A stretch of DNA of 64,000 nucleotides from the human T2T-CHM13v2.0 reference genome, Homo sapiens. Made by a program: the position numbers and the translations under genes. The stretch lies in NCBI RefSeq assembly GCF_009914755.1, contig NC_060930.1, one strand, 5' to 3'. The notes beneath the pieces were generated by a model. It worked only from the letters and a program-made list of their open reading frames with translations. It did no database searches and was not told the DNA's origin. Positions 14,265 through 26,200 of the stretch are shown in pieces (position 1 is the stretch's first letter; each line of letters opens with the position of its first letter).

Positions 14265-16094
14265 ATTAACACCACCAGGCGAGAGCTGGTCTTGCTCCGG
14301 GCTCCCCCAGAAGGACGGCTGGCTCGGAGGGGGGGTGCCACCTGAGGAAAGAATTTTCAGGTCCCTGAAGAGTGACTGTCTTCCAGAGGAGAGCAGATTG
14401 ACTACAGTGTGAGTGCCCTAAAATTCAACATCTGAGTCCTCAGCTTCTGACCTCGGGGTCAGGTAGGTCAGATTTGACTTTGTTTCTGGTAAGAAGGAAG
14501 AGGCCCTGATGAGGGCGTCCCTCTTTTGACTCAGCCCGTTACTCTGGGATGCTAGTGGGTTGAGCCTTGGTTTTCTGGTAGGCGCCTTTGTGTCTTGGTT
14601 TGGGTGGGAAGGACCCTCCCTTGACTCAGCTCAAGACCCAGGACGCTGGGGAGCTGAGCCTTGGTTTCTGGCAGACCGGTCTCAATCTCTCTCTCTCTCT
14701 CTCTTTTTCTATCTCTCATCTTTCTCTTGTTCAGGTTTCCTGGAGAATCTCTGGGAAAGAGGAAACAAAACAAAACAAAACAAAAAAACTGTTATAAACT
14801 CTGTGTGAATGGTGTGTGGATGTGGGAGGACAAAGGATTGCATTTGTCTTCCAGTTTGTAACTCCATGGCAAAAACTACGGAGTTCGAGTGGGCCCCCAC
14901 CTGCAGTTCCGTGGTGACCTCATAAGGCTTAAGGCAGCACCGGGCATAGCTCGATTCAAGCCGGGGGTTTATACCGGCCTGCCAATGCTAAGAGGAGCCC
15001 AAGTCCCCTCAGGGTGAGCGGCCAGGCGGGCATCTGACTGATCCCATCACGGGACCCCCTCCCCTTGTCTGTCTAAAATAAAAAAACAAAAAGGAAAAAA
15101 CTGTCAAAACTGTTTACATGCCCTAGGGTCAAATTGTTTGTTTTATGTTTATTGTTCTGTTTAGTGTTTATTGTCTTGTTTAGTGGTTGTCAAGGTTTTG
15201 CATGTCAGGACATCGGTATTGCCCAAGACATCTGGGTAAAAACTTCTTCAAGGTCCTTAGTGCTGATTTTTTTTCACAAGAGGTTAAATTTCTCATCAGT
15301 CATTTAGGCTGGCCACCACAGTCTTGTCTTTTCTGCCAGAGGCAAGTCAGGTGTTGTTACGGGAATGAGTGTGAAGAACATTCGTCTGATTGGAATTTCT
15401 GGCACCATGGAGGTTGTGGGCATTTAGATTGCCATACCCCAGGTCCAAGTGATTGGACCTACTCTAGATTAAACTAGTGGTGGGTTCAAAACAGCCAACC
15501 TGCAGATTTCCTTGCTCACCTTTTTTGTCATTCTGTAACTTTTCCTGTGCCCTTAAATAGAACACTGTGTAGGGAAACCTATGCCCGTCATGCTTTACTT
15601 CCTTTAGACTCCTAGTCTGTTCACCTGTGGCTACTCTCCCATCTTAAAAATGACCTGAGTGGTCCCTTTCCCCCTCATCCCTGCCCTCTACCCCACACAT
15701 CTCGTTTTCTGGTGCAACAGCAAGTTCAGCGTCTCCAGGACTTGGCTCTGCTCTCACTCCTTCAACCCTTAAAAGAAAAAGCTGAATTTGAGCTGTATGC
15801 CTTTGAGTCATGGAGACATCAAAGGTATTTAGGGTACTGGTCTAGAGAAAGAAAGAGAGGGAGAACACCTAAATCCAACTGACCCAAGAGAACTCTGGCT
15901 GGCCCCTAGTCCCCCTCCCTCAATTTTAAAGCTACAGCAATGTGGCAAGGGATATTAGCTGTTGTGGTTTTTCTGTTCTTTCTGGTTATGTTAATTCTGT
16001 TTTTCTGATACTCCAGCCCCCCAGGGAGTGAGTTTCTCTGTCTGTGTTGGATCTGATATCTCTGCTCAAATTCTGCTAAATTGCTTTAAAAAAA

Positions 16095-17652
16095 ATGGGA
16101 AACTCCTCATCCCAGCCTTGTAAATGTTGGAGCCCCCTCCAGTGTATGCTGAAAAATTTTTCTCTTGTTTTCTCAGAGGATTACCGAGTCCGCCTTAAGA
16201 AAGGCAAACTCCAGACACTCTGTGAAGTAGAATGGCCAAAGTTTGGAGTTGGGTGGCCCTCTGAAGGGTCATTGAATCCTACAATTGTTCAAGCCATATG
16301 GCGGGTTGTTACCGAAGCTCCCGGCCACCCTGATCAGTTTCCCTATATAGATCAATGGTTAAGTTTGGTCAGGAATCCTCCATGGCTCTGTTCATGTGCC
16401 ATTCGCAACTCCACCTCCAAAGTCCTCCTGAGCCAGGCCACGTTTGCGTCTTGACCCTCAGCCAGTTCATCTCCCCCTGTATTGCCTCCCTCTGAAGAAG
16501 AGGAGAGTTTCCCTCACCCAGTCCCACCGCCTTACAACAAACCTGCCCCCCTAGGGTCATCCCATGTCTCCTTGACAACATCCCCTGTGGGCTCGCCACC
16601 CATTGCCTCTCGACTGCGGCCACGGTGGGAGGAAATAACCCCTCTACTACCAATGAGAGAGGCACAAGTCCCTCTGGGTGATGAGCGCTCAGCCCCCTTC
16701 TTGGTTTATGTCCCTTTTTCTACTTCTGACTTGTATAATTGGAAAACCCATAATCCTCCCTTCTCTGAAAAGCCCCAGGCTTTGACCTCACTGATGGAGT
16801 CCATACTCCGGACCCATCAGCCCACCTGGGATGACTGCCAACAACTCCTTTTAACTCTCTTTACCTCTGAGGAGACGGAGCATATCCAAAGAGAGGCCAG
16901 AAAGCACTTCCTTGAATCAGCCAATAGGCCGGAGGAGGAAGCTAGAGACCTCCTTGAGGAGGTTTTTCCCTCTACCCTGCCAAATTGTGACCCAAATTCC
17001 TCAAGTGGAAGGAGAGCTTTGGATGATTTCCACTGGTATCTTCTTGCAGGTATTAAAGGAGCTACTTGGAAACCCATAAACTTGTCTAAGACAACTGAAG
17101 TTGTCCAGGGGCCTGATAAGCCACCAGGAGCGTTTTTAGAACATCTCCAGGAGGCTTATTGGTTTTATAACCCTTTTGACCCGGCAGCTCCTGAAAATAG
17201 CCATGCTATTAATTTGGTATTTGTGGCTCAGGCAGCCCCAGATATTAGAAAGAAAGCTCCAGAAACTGGAGGGATTTGCTAGGATAAATATCATTCAGCT
17301 TTTAGAAATAGCCCAGAAGGTTTTTGACAATCGAGAGTACGAAAAACAGAAACAAGCAACACAGCCAGCTGAAAAAGCTGCTGACAAAGCATACAAAAGA
17401 CAAGCAAAAATCTTGGTGATGGCTTTCCAGGAGAGCAGAAAGAAAAGGCCCCCATTCCAGAAAAATGGCCAAGGAACCTCGGGTTCCCACTAGAAACGTA
17501 AAGAAGGTGAATAGGCCACTCTAGAAAAAGACCAATGTGCTTATTGCAAGCAGACTGGGCACTGGAAAAAGGAATGCCCACTACTGCCACAAGAAAAATC
17601 AGAAAAGGAAAAGTTCCTCACCTTGCCCGCAATGGAGGAGCCTGATGATTGA
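16095..17652 (+). pseudogene. gag: HERV-T gag (disrupted)
   Basis: MGNSSSQ myristoylation start, PPPY late domain, capsid (SDLYNWK..PTWDDCQQLL), zinc knuckle [14 protein letters not shown] near 17536; internal stops and a frameshift near 17250. Confidence 0.9.
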
Positions 17653-17659
17653 CAGGGCC

Positions 17660-19974
17660 ATGAGATACTGTCGCCTCTGGATATTGGGGTTTGCGGAGAT
17701 TGCAAAGCCCTTGTATACTGCTACAAGAAGTAGCAGCCCACTAATTTGGACAGACACCGGAGAACAGGCTTTTCAAAACTTAAAAAAGGCTTTAACTGAA
17801 GCCCCTGCTTTAGCCCTCCCAAATATCTCAAAGCCGTTTCACCTGTTTGTCCATGAAAGCCAGGGAATTGCTAAGGGGGTGCTTACCCAGACTCTAGGAC
17901 CTTGGAGATGCCCAGTAGCCTATTTATCTAGGAGGCTGGATCCTGTGGCCTCTGGATGGCCAAGTTGCCTGTGAGCCATGGCGGCTACAGCAAGCCTAGT
18001 CCAAGGGACTGATAAGTTAACTCTGGGCCAGAATTTATCCCTTATAGCTCCTCATGCTGTAGAGACTCTACTATGAAGTGCTTCTGCTAAATGGATGTCA
18101 AATGCTTGCATCTTACAATATCAGGGTTTACTGTTGGATCAGCCTCATTTGACTTTCACTCCCACAAGGTGTTTAAATCCTGCTACCCTGCTCCCAGATG
18201 CAGATTCCACTATACCTATCCATGACTGTCAAGAACTGTTAGAAAATACTGAAACTGGCCAGCCAGATGTTCAGGATGTGCCCCTGGAAAAGGCAGATGC
18301 CACTGTGTTTACAGACAGTAGCAGTTTCCTTGAGCAGGGAGTATGAAAGGCTGGTGCAGCTGTTACCACACAGACAGATGTGTTGTGGGCTCAGGCTTTA
18401 CCAGCGAACACCTCAGCACAGAAAGCTGAATTGATCGCTCTCACCCAAGCTCTCCGATGGGGTAAGAATAAACGTATTAACATTTACACTGACAGCAGGT
18501 ATGCTTTCGCTACTGTACATGTACATGGAGCCAACTACCAAGAACGGGGGTTACTCACTTCAGCAGGAAAAATGGTCAAGAACAAAGAGGAAATTCTAGC
18601 CCTGCTTGAAGCCATGTGGCTCCCTTAGCAGGTGGCTGTAATCCATTGTAAAGGACATCAAAAAGAAAACACAGCCATTGCCCGTGGTAACCAGAAAGCT
18701 GATTCAGCAGCTCAGGAAGCAGCGTGACTTTCAGTCACGCCTATCAACCTGCTGCCTGCAGTTTCTTTTCCACAGCCAGATCTGCCTGACAACCCCATGT
18801 ACTCAACAGAAGAAGAAAAATTAGCTTCATATCTTGAAGCAAATAAAAATCAGAAAGGTTGGTGGATTCTTCCTGACTCTAGAATCTTCATACCCCGCGC
18901 TCTTGGAGAAACTTTAGTCAGTCACCTACATTCTACCACCCATTTAGGTGGGACAAAATTAGCCCAGCTCCTCCGGAGCCACTTTAAGATCCCCCGTCTA
19001 CAAGGCCTAACAGATCAAGCAATTTTCCAGTGCACAACCTGCGCCCAGGTAAATGCCAAGCAAGGTCCTAAACCCAGCCCAGGTCACTGTCTCCGAGGAA
19101 ACTCACCAGGAGAGAAGTGGGAAATTGACTTTACAGAAGTAAAGCCACACCGGGCTGGTTACAAATACCTTTTAGTACTAGTAGACACCTTCTCCGGATG
19201 GAATGAGGCATTTGCTACCAAAAACGAAACTGCCAATACGGTAGTTAAGTTTTTACTCAATGAAATCATCCCTCGATATGGGCTGCCTGCTGCCATAGGG
19301 TCTGATAATGGATCTGCCTTCACCTCGTCCATAGCTCAGTCAGTCAGTAGGGCATTAAACATTCAGTGGAAGCTCCATTGTGCCTATCGACCCCAGAGCT
19401 CTGGGCGGGTAGAACTCATGAACTGCACCCTAAAAACACTCTTACAAAATTAATCTTAGAAACCAGTGAAAATTGGGTAAGTCTCCTTCCTTTAGCCCTA
19501 CTTAGAGTAAGGTGCACCCCTTATTGGGCTGGGTTCTCACCTTTTGAAATCATGTATCGAGGGGCACCGCCTATCTTGCCTAAGCTAAGAGATGTCCATT
19601 GGGTAGAAATATCACAAGCAAATTTATTGCAGTACGTACAGTCTCTCCAACAAGTACAAGATATCATTCTGCCACTTGTTTGAGAAGCCCATCCCAGCTG
19701 AGTTCCTGACCAGATGGGGCCCTGCCATTCATTCCAGCCAGGTGACCTGGTGTTTGTTAAAAAGTTCCAGAGAGAAGCACTCACTCCTGCTTGGAAGGGA
19801 CCTCACACCATCATCCTCATGATGCCAACAGCTCTGAAGGTGGACAGAATTCCTGCTTGGATTCATCACTCCCACATCAAAAAGGCCAACAGAGCCCAAC
19901 TAGAAACATGGGCCCCCAAGCCTGGATCAGGCCCCTTAAAACTGTGCCTAAGTCAGGTGAAACTGTTAGATTAA
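17660..19974 (+). pseudogene. pol: HERV-T pol remnant (RT C-terminal part, RNase H, integrase); protease and RT catalytic core deleted
   Basis: [40 protein letters not shown] zinc motif, WEIDFTE, SDNGSAF; several stops and frameshifts. Confidence 0.9.
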
Positions 19975-21805
19975 TTCTTTTTATTTACTTCTCTTGTTTG
20001 TTTTCGCCTATTATGTCCTCTGTGCCTTCCTACTCCTTCCTCCTCACCTCTTTCACAACAGGACGTGTATTCACCAACACTACTTGGAGGGCCGGTACTT
20101 GCAAGGAAGTCACCTTTGCAGTTAATTTATGTGCACTGTTCCCAGAGCCAGCTCACACCCATGAAGAACAATACAACTTACCAGTCATAGGAGCAGGAAG
20201 TGTCGACCTTGCAGCAGGATTTGAACACTCTGAGAGCCAAACTGGATGTGGAAACTCCAAAGGTGCAGAAAAAGGACTCCAAAAAGTTGAGTTTTACCTC
20301 TGTCCTGGAAATCACCCTGATGCTAGCTGTCAAGATACTTACCAGTTTTTCTGCCCTGATTGGACATGTGTAACTTTAGCTACCTACTCTGGGGGGATCA
20401 ACTAGATCTTCAACTCTTTCCATAAGTCGTGCTTCTCATCCTAAATCATGTACTAAAAGGAATTGTAATCCTCTTACTATAACTATTCATGGCCCTAATT
20501 CAGCTCAGTGGTATTATGGCATGTCATGGGGATTGAGGCTTTATATCCCAGGATTCGATGTTGGAACTATGTTCACCATTCAAGAAAAAATTTTGGTCTC
20601 ATGGAGCCCACCTAAGCCAATTGGGCCTTTAACTAATCTAGGTGACCCTATGTTCCAGAAACACCCTGACAAAGTTGATTTAACTGTTCCTCCACCATTC
20701 TTAGTTCCTAAGCCCCAGCTACAAGGACATCATCTTCAACCCAGCCTTATGATTATACTAGATGGAGTACACCATCTCCTTAACCTCACCTAGCCTAAAC
20801 TAGCCCAAGATTGTTGTCTATGTTTAAAAGCAAAACCCCCTTATTATGTAGGATTAGGAGTAGAAGCCACCCTTAAACGTGGCCCTCTATCTTGTCATAC
20901 ATGACGCCGAGGTCTCACACTAGGAGATGTGTCTGGAAATGCTTCCTGTCTGATTAGTACTGGGTATAACTTGTCTGCTTCTCCTTTTCAGACTATGTGT
21001 AATCAGTCCCTGCTTAGTTCCATAAGTACCTCAGTCTCTTACCAAGCGCCTAACAATACCTGGTTGGCCTGCACCTCAGGTCTCACTCACTGCATTTATG
21101 GAACTGAACCAGGACCTCTCTTGTGCATGTTAGTTCATGTTCTTCCCCCAGGTATACGTGTACAGTGGACCAGAAGGACAACTCCTCATCACTCCCCCAG
21201 AACTACATCCCAGGAAGCACCGAGCTGCCCCACTTCTTGTTCCCCTCTTGGCTGGTCTTAGCATAGCTGGATCAGCAGCCATCGGTACAGCTTCCCTGGT
21301 TCAAGAAGAGACTGGACTAATGTCCCTGTCTCAACAGGTGGATGCTGATTTAAGTAATCTCCAGTCTGCCATAGATATACTACACTCCTAGGTAGAATCT
21401 CTGGCTGAAGTAGTACTTCAGAACCACTGAGGCTTAGATCTACTATTCCTTTCTCAAGGTAGATTATGTGCAGCTCTAGCAGAAAGTTGTTGCTTCTATG
21501 CCAACCAATCTGGAGTCATAAAAGATACATTCCAAAAAGTTTGAGAAAATCTAGATAGGTGCCAACAGGAACAAGAAAATAACATCCCCTGGTATCAAAG
21601 CATGTTCAACTGGAACCCCTGGCTAACTACTTTAACCAGTGGGTTAGCTGGACCTCTCCTCATCATATTATTAAGTTTAATTTTTGGGCCTTGTATATTA
21701 AATTGGTTTCTTAATTTTGTAAAATAGCGCATAGCGTCTGTCAAACTTATGCATCTTAGGACTCAATATAACCCCTTTGTCATGCCTGAAGAATCAATGA
21801 TTTGA
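19908..21805 (+). pseudogene. env: HERV-T env (EnvT-like), disrupted
   Basis: MGPQAWIRPLKT.. signal peptide, CXXC (CCLC), RKHR/AAPLL cleavage site and fusion peptide, ISD LQNH*GLDLL, CX6CC, TM, tail ..EESMI*; frameshifts near 20395 and 21148 plus stops. Confidence 0.9.
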
Positions 21806-21829
21806 TTCCCCAAAAACACAAGTGGGGAA

Positions 21830-22357
21830 TGTAATACCCTATCTTGTTTTTTCCTTTTTCACCTAGCCTTGCTTCCACCTGAATAGACTCTCCCTTAGCT
21901 AAGAGAACCAGACAAACTCCATCTTGGCTCTTTCACTGGCAGTCCCTTCCTCAAGGACTTAACTTGTGCAAGCTGACTTCCAGCACATCCAGGAATGCAA
22001 TTAACTGATAAGATACTGTGGCAAGCTATATCCGCAGTCCCCAAGAATTTGTCTGATTGATAACGCCCAAAGCCCCGTGTCTATCACATTGTAATAGTCT
22101 TAAATCCCCTGCACCTGGAACTGTTTACTTTCCTGTAACCATTTATCTTTTTAACTTTTTGACTACTTAACTTCTGTAAAATTGTTTTAACTAGAACCCC
22201 CCGCCCCTTCCTAAACCAAGGTATAAAAGTTAATCAAGCCCCTTCCTTGGGGCTGAGAGAACTTTGAGCGTTAGCCCGTCTCTCGGTCGCTAGCTAATAA
22301 AGGACTCTTAATTCGTCTCAAAGTGTGGCGTTTTCTCTAACTCGTCTGGGCACAACA
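21830..22357 (+). promoter_or_regulatory. HERV-T 3' LTR (LTR6-type)
   Basis: Direct repeat of 13718-14243. Confidence 0.9.
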
Positions 22358-22841
22358 TTTATATCTGTTAATAAACAATAGTTTAAGCAAATAATTTCTA
22401 AATAATTACAATATGGTTTTCATCCACAAATACTGGTATAAGACAGTTCAAAATATCTTCATAGGGTTTTCACTATAAATTAGGGTTCCTAAGAGTTATC
22501 ATTGTCATTAGATACAATCAAAATGACTAGAAATGAGAGAATTCTTTATACAGAGTATATAAACGCAAGCAAGATATGCTTTTGGTGAAGAAAGTTGTAA
22601 AGGTATGAAAATGCATGTTGCGGAAAAACTACTTTTGTCTAGTTTAAGAGTTATTTAAAGGTTGTTTCAAATTGAAGGAATAGAAATACACAGATAAAAC
22701 TAACTGAATATAGAAAGTTGAGAAGAGAAAAAAAAACCCTAAACAACTATAAAGGATGTATGGAAATCTTGTGTGGTCAAAAGGTGATGTATTTATTTAT
22801 AAAGTTTTATTAAAATTAGCTTTACTATTGATAATACACTA

Positions 22842-23075
<234 letters not shown>

Positions 23076-23786
23076 TCACTTTTTGAGTAAACTGCAAAAA
23101 AAAGAGCAAAAGATAGGAGAGAAGAAGAAACAGATTCTGTCTCATGATATTTTTCTCAGGTCTTTTGATTGTTTTGAAAACTGAGTCTCCTTTCTATCAA
23201 AGAATAAAGGTTTTTGCTTTTTAAAATGTGTTAATAATCACTTTGGCTAAATTAATGACTGCCATTTTACAGTGACCTGTGATTTTATTTTGGTCAAGTA
23301 TTTTAAATCTTTGACATATTTGACAGGCTTCAACAAATCAAATGTCAGCTTCAAAATTAAGTCTTGTTTTCCAGCCTTTAACTTGGGGATGCTACAGAGG
23401 GCCCCTGAAGCAAAAAAAGATATAAACAGGATTATTTGATATGTTAAATTACATGGGAAGCATTGTCAAACAAAAGATGATGTTTAAACTTTGAGTTATA
23501 TTTTTATGAATATATTATATGTGCCAATATTGTGTGGGAGTCCTAAAATTCTGATATATCTGGGTATATGGTATCACTTATAATTATTGTTAATTGTGTT
23601 AAATTATTGTAGGCCACAGAAATAATCAATTTCTTTGTCAGTTGTCTCTATGCTCATTTGAAGTCAATTTCCATAGTTAATTGCTTAATTCTGATGCAGT
23701 TTGTGAAGGTGTTAGAACCAAGCAAAATCCTAGAGTATGGTGTCTTCAAGGAGGCTCATGAAAGTTTAGAAAGAACTGTAACAAGC

Positions 23787-23949
23787 ATTTTTTTTCCTTT
23801 TTTTGAGACAGAGTCTCCCTTTGTCACCCAGGCTGGAGTGTCGTGGCATGATCTCTGTTCACTGCTACCTCTGCCTTCCAGGTTCAAGCAATTCTCGTGC
23901 CTCAGCTTCAGCTGGGATTACAGGTATGTGCCACCACACCTGGCTATTA

Positions 23950-23986
<37 letters not shown>

Positions 23987-24104
23987 TAGTGGAAATGGCA
24001 TGTTATGTTGGCCAGACTGCTCTCAAACTCTTGGCGTCAAGTGATCCACCCGCCTTGTCCTCCCAAATTGCTGGGATTATAGGCATGAGCCTCTACACCC
24101 AGCC
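23787..24104 (-). mobile_element. AluJ-like SINE with (TTA)n expansion of its middle A-rich linker (about 23945-23985)
   Basis: Reverse Alu; flanks acaagcatt / acaagcact. Confidence 0.88.
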
Positions 24105-24599
24105 TGACAAGCACTCTTGAATATAAGTTTCTGATAACTTTAAGATCATATCATTTCAACTGGGTAAGAATTCTCAGAACCCTAATGAAGAGACTGATTG
24201 CTTTATAAAACTACTAACCCAAACAGCACAAAAATTAATTGAATATTAAGAAAATTCTTTGCCGGATTTTTGTGCTAAATCAGCCAATACTGAAATTGTT
24301 TAGATATGCAATTGGAATTAACTCCATGGTTCAAGTCAAATTACTCATGACAACCCATGCAATAAACAGTTCTATGCACCTAAATTGGATAAACAAAATT
24401 GGTATTTAAGAGGCTTTAAGTCCAATGTTAATTGTGGACTCATGGAGAGCCTGGGTCTTTCATTATTAAAAGCTCTGCATTCCATGATTTATAACAGAAG
24501 AGATAAAATAATTCGAATTAAATATATATGTGGGGGTGGGTGGGTGTGGTGACTGTTATGACCAAAATTTTGTTTTTCAAACCCATAATCCTGGGAAGA

Positions 24600-25010
24600 C
24601 AATAAAAACTTTAGGTACATTTCTGCTATCTGATTGACCATTTAAACATTTATAGAGAAATTGCATTCAATTGTCATTTTCAATGCATGTTTTCTGATTG
24701 TATAACAGCTTTCCCATGCAAGAGGGCTGATGTTAAAACAATATCTAAAACGTTACTGGAAAATGTGTTTTTCCTCATAGAGCATTCCTGGAGATATCTC
24801 TAGTAAGAGCGGTACTTGCTTCACTAGACAAATTATAAAACAGTTAAAGTGCTACAGATAAAATAGCATTAGGCAAAGTTAACTGAATTGACTGGATTTC
24901 CCTGATCAAAGGTGTTGTAGATAGATTACAATCAGATCCACTTAGACTGGAAAACATAAGTTGACCTTTTATAAAAGTCACTGGAAGTCCTATACACCTA
25001 AAAATAAAAC
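24600..25010 (+). pseudogene. Degenerate integrase remnant in MER57-int
   Basis: Fragmentary translations FPCKRAD, ENVF, IPGDISS resembling class I ERV integrase core. Confidence 0.45.
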
Positions 25011-25719
25011 CTCATTTACCTTCCATTTCTAAACTGTGATATAAGTAAATGCTACAAGGCTTTAATGCATTATGCTAAAGTGTAGTTTCACTAGGTAAAG
25101 AAAGATTTCCAGTGTCCATTGAGTGGGGACAATCAAGCCCTTCACTACCTAGAACATAGAGATTGGACAGTCTGAGAATGACACTACAGAAAAACTGCCC
25201 TTGCCACCCAGACTGCAGCTAAACTTTGGGACCTTGAACCTTGGGTTCATAACTCAGAAGGGCTTCTCCAAATTGCCCATTGGAGATGTTAAGGTAAAGC
25301 TAACCAAGGAAGTTTCTCCTGAGAAGCAGACAGCATCTTAGATGTGGACAGCTTTTTTTCCCCAAGATCATAGATCAAGACATTTCTGCAATATGAGACT
25401 CTTATCTCTCAATTATTTCCCTTGCTTATGCCTCTATGAACAACTGAGAAGGAGGTTTCTTTTGTGCACTCATGGGTATACGTTTATTTGTGAAGGATTT
25501 TGCAGCCATTCTCACTCATGGACAAGCTTATGCCTTGATAGATGAAAGATGAAGGGTAATGTGGGTAAGAAATTTTAATGCTACCTTTGCTGCTTTATAG
25601 TCAGTCAGAAACAGAACACTGATCCACACCTCTTAACCCACATCATAAGTTACAGAGAAAATTGCCAGGAGGCCTTCACTCTTCCAGATGAGTATCATTT
25701 ATTAGGTCTCTTTCTTCAT

Positions 25720-26200
25720 GATTTGGAGTAAATGAGGCAATAATTAGAAATGTATCTCTCATAATAGGCTCAATAGCAGATTCTAGTGTAAATGCTATGT
25801 TTATGCAACAGACTTCAAATTCTCTCTAAAGTTGTGCTAAATAATATAATAGAATTGTTTTAGATTACTTTCTGGCTAAACAAAAGTTTCTGTGCAGTTG
25901 CTGATACTTCTTATTGCACATGCAAGAATACAATGGGTATTACAGAGATTCAGTTGTAAGGAATTAATGAACAGGCTGCTTGTTTTAAATGAGCAGACTC
26001 TTTATCTGGCTCATTCTTTGATTTACTTGATTTTAGTTGGTTTCAGTTTGTGGGGACACTGGCAGGAGCATTCTCCAAACTTCTGGTATTATCCACCTGA
26101 GAATCATATGGGTAGTCTCCCTGGTGTGCTGTATCCTCTCAAAAGTTTTCAATGTTTGCATGCAGTCATCTCTAGAATTTTAGATGGTGTCTTGTCAACT
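25720..26200 (+). pseudogene. Degenerate env TM remnant in MER57-int
   Basis: GVNEAIIRNVSL, KVVLNN..NRIVLDYFLAKQ (ISD-like), CAVADTSYC (CX6CC-like). Confidence 0.55.

Larger units (their letters stand above)
13718..22357 (+). mobile_element. HERV-T (HERVS71) provirus with two LTR6-type LTRs
   Basis: LTRs 13718-14243 and 21830-22357 differ at about 30 positions by manual alignment; exact TSD ttta; PBS, gag, pol, env remnants; PPT before 3' LTR. Confidence 0.95.

Noticed and set aside
19908-21805. Possible identity with the co-opted EnvT gene (ERVS71-1)
   Set aside because: At least two frameshifts and several stops; this is a paralogous defective provirus.
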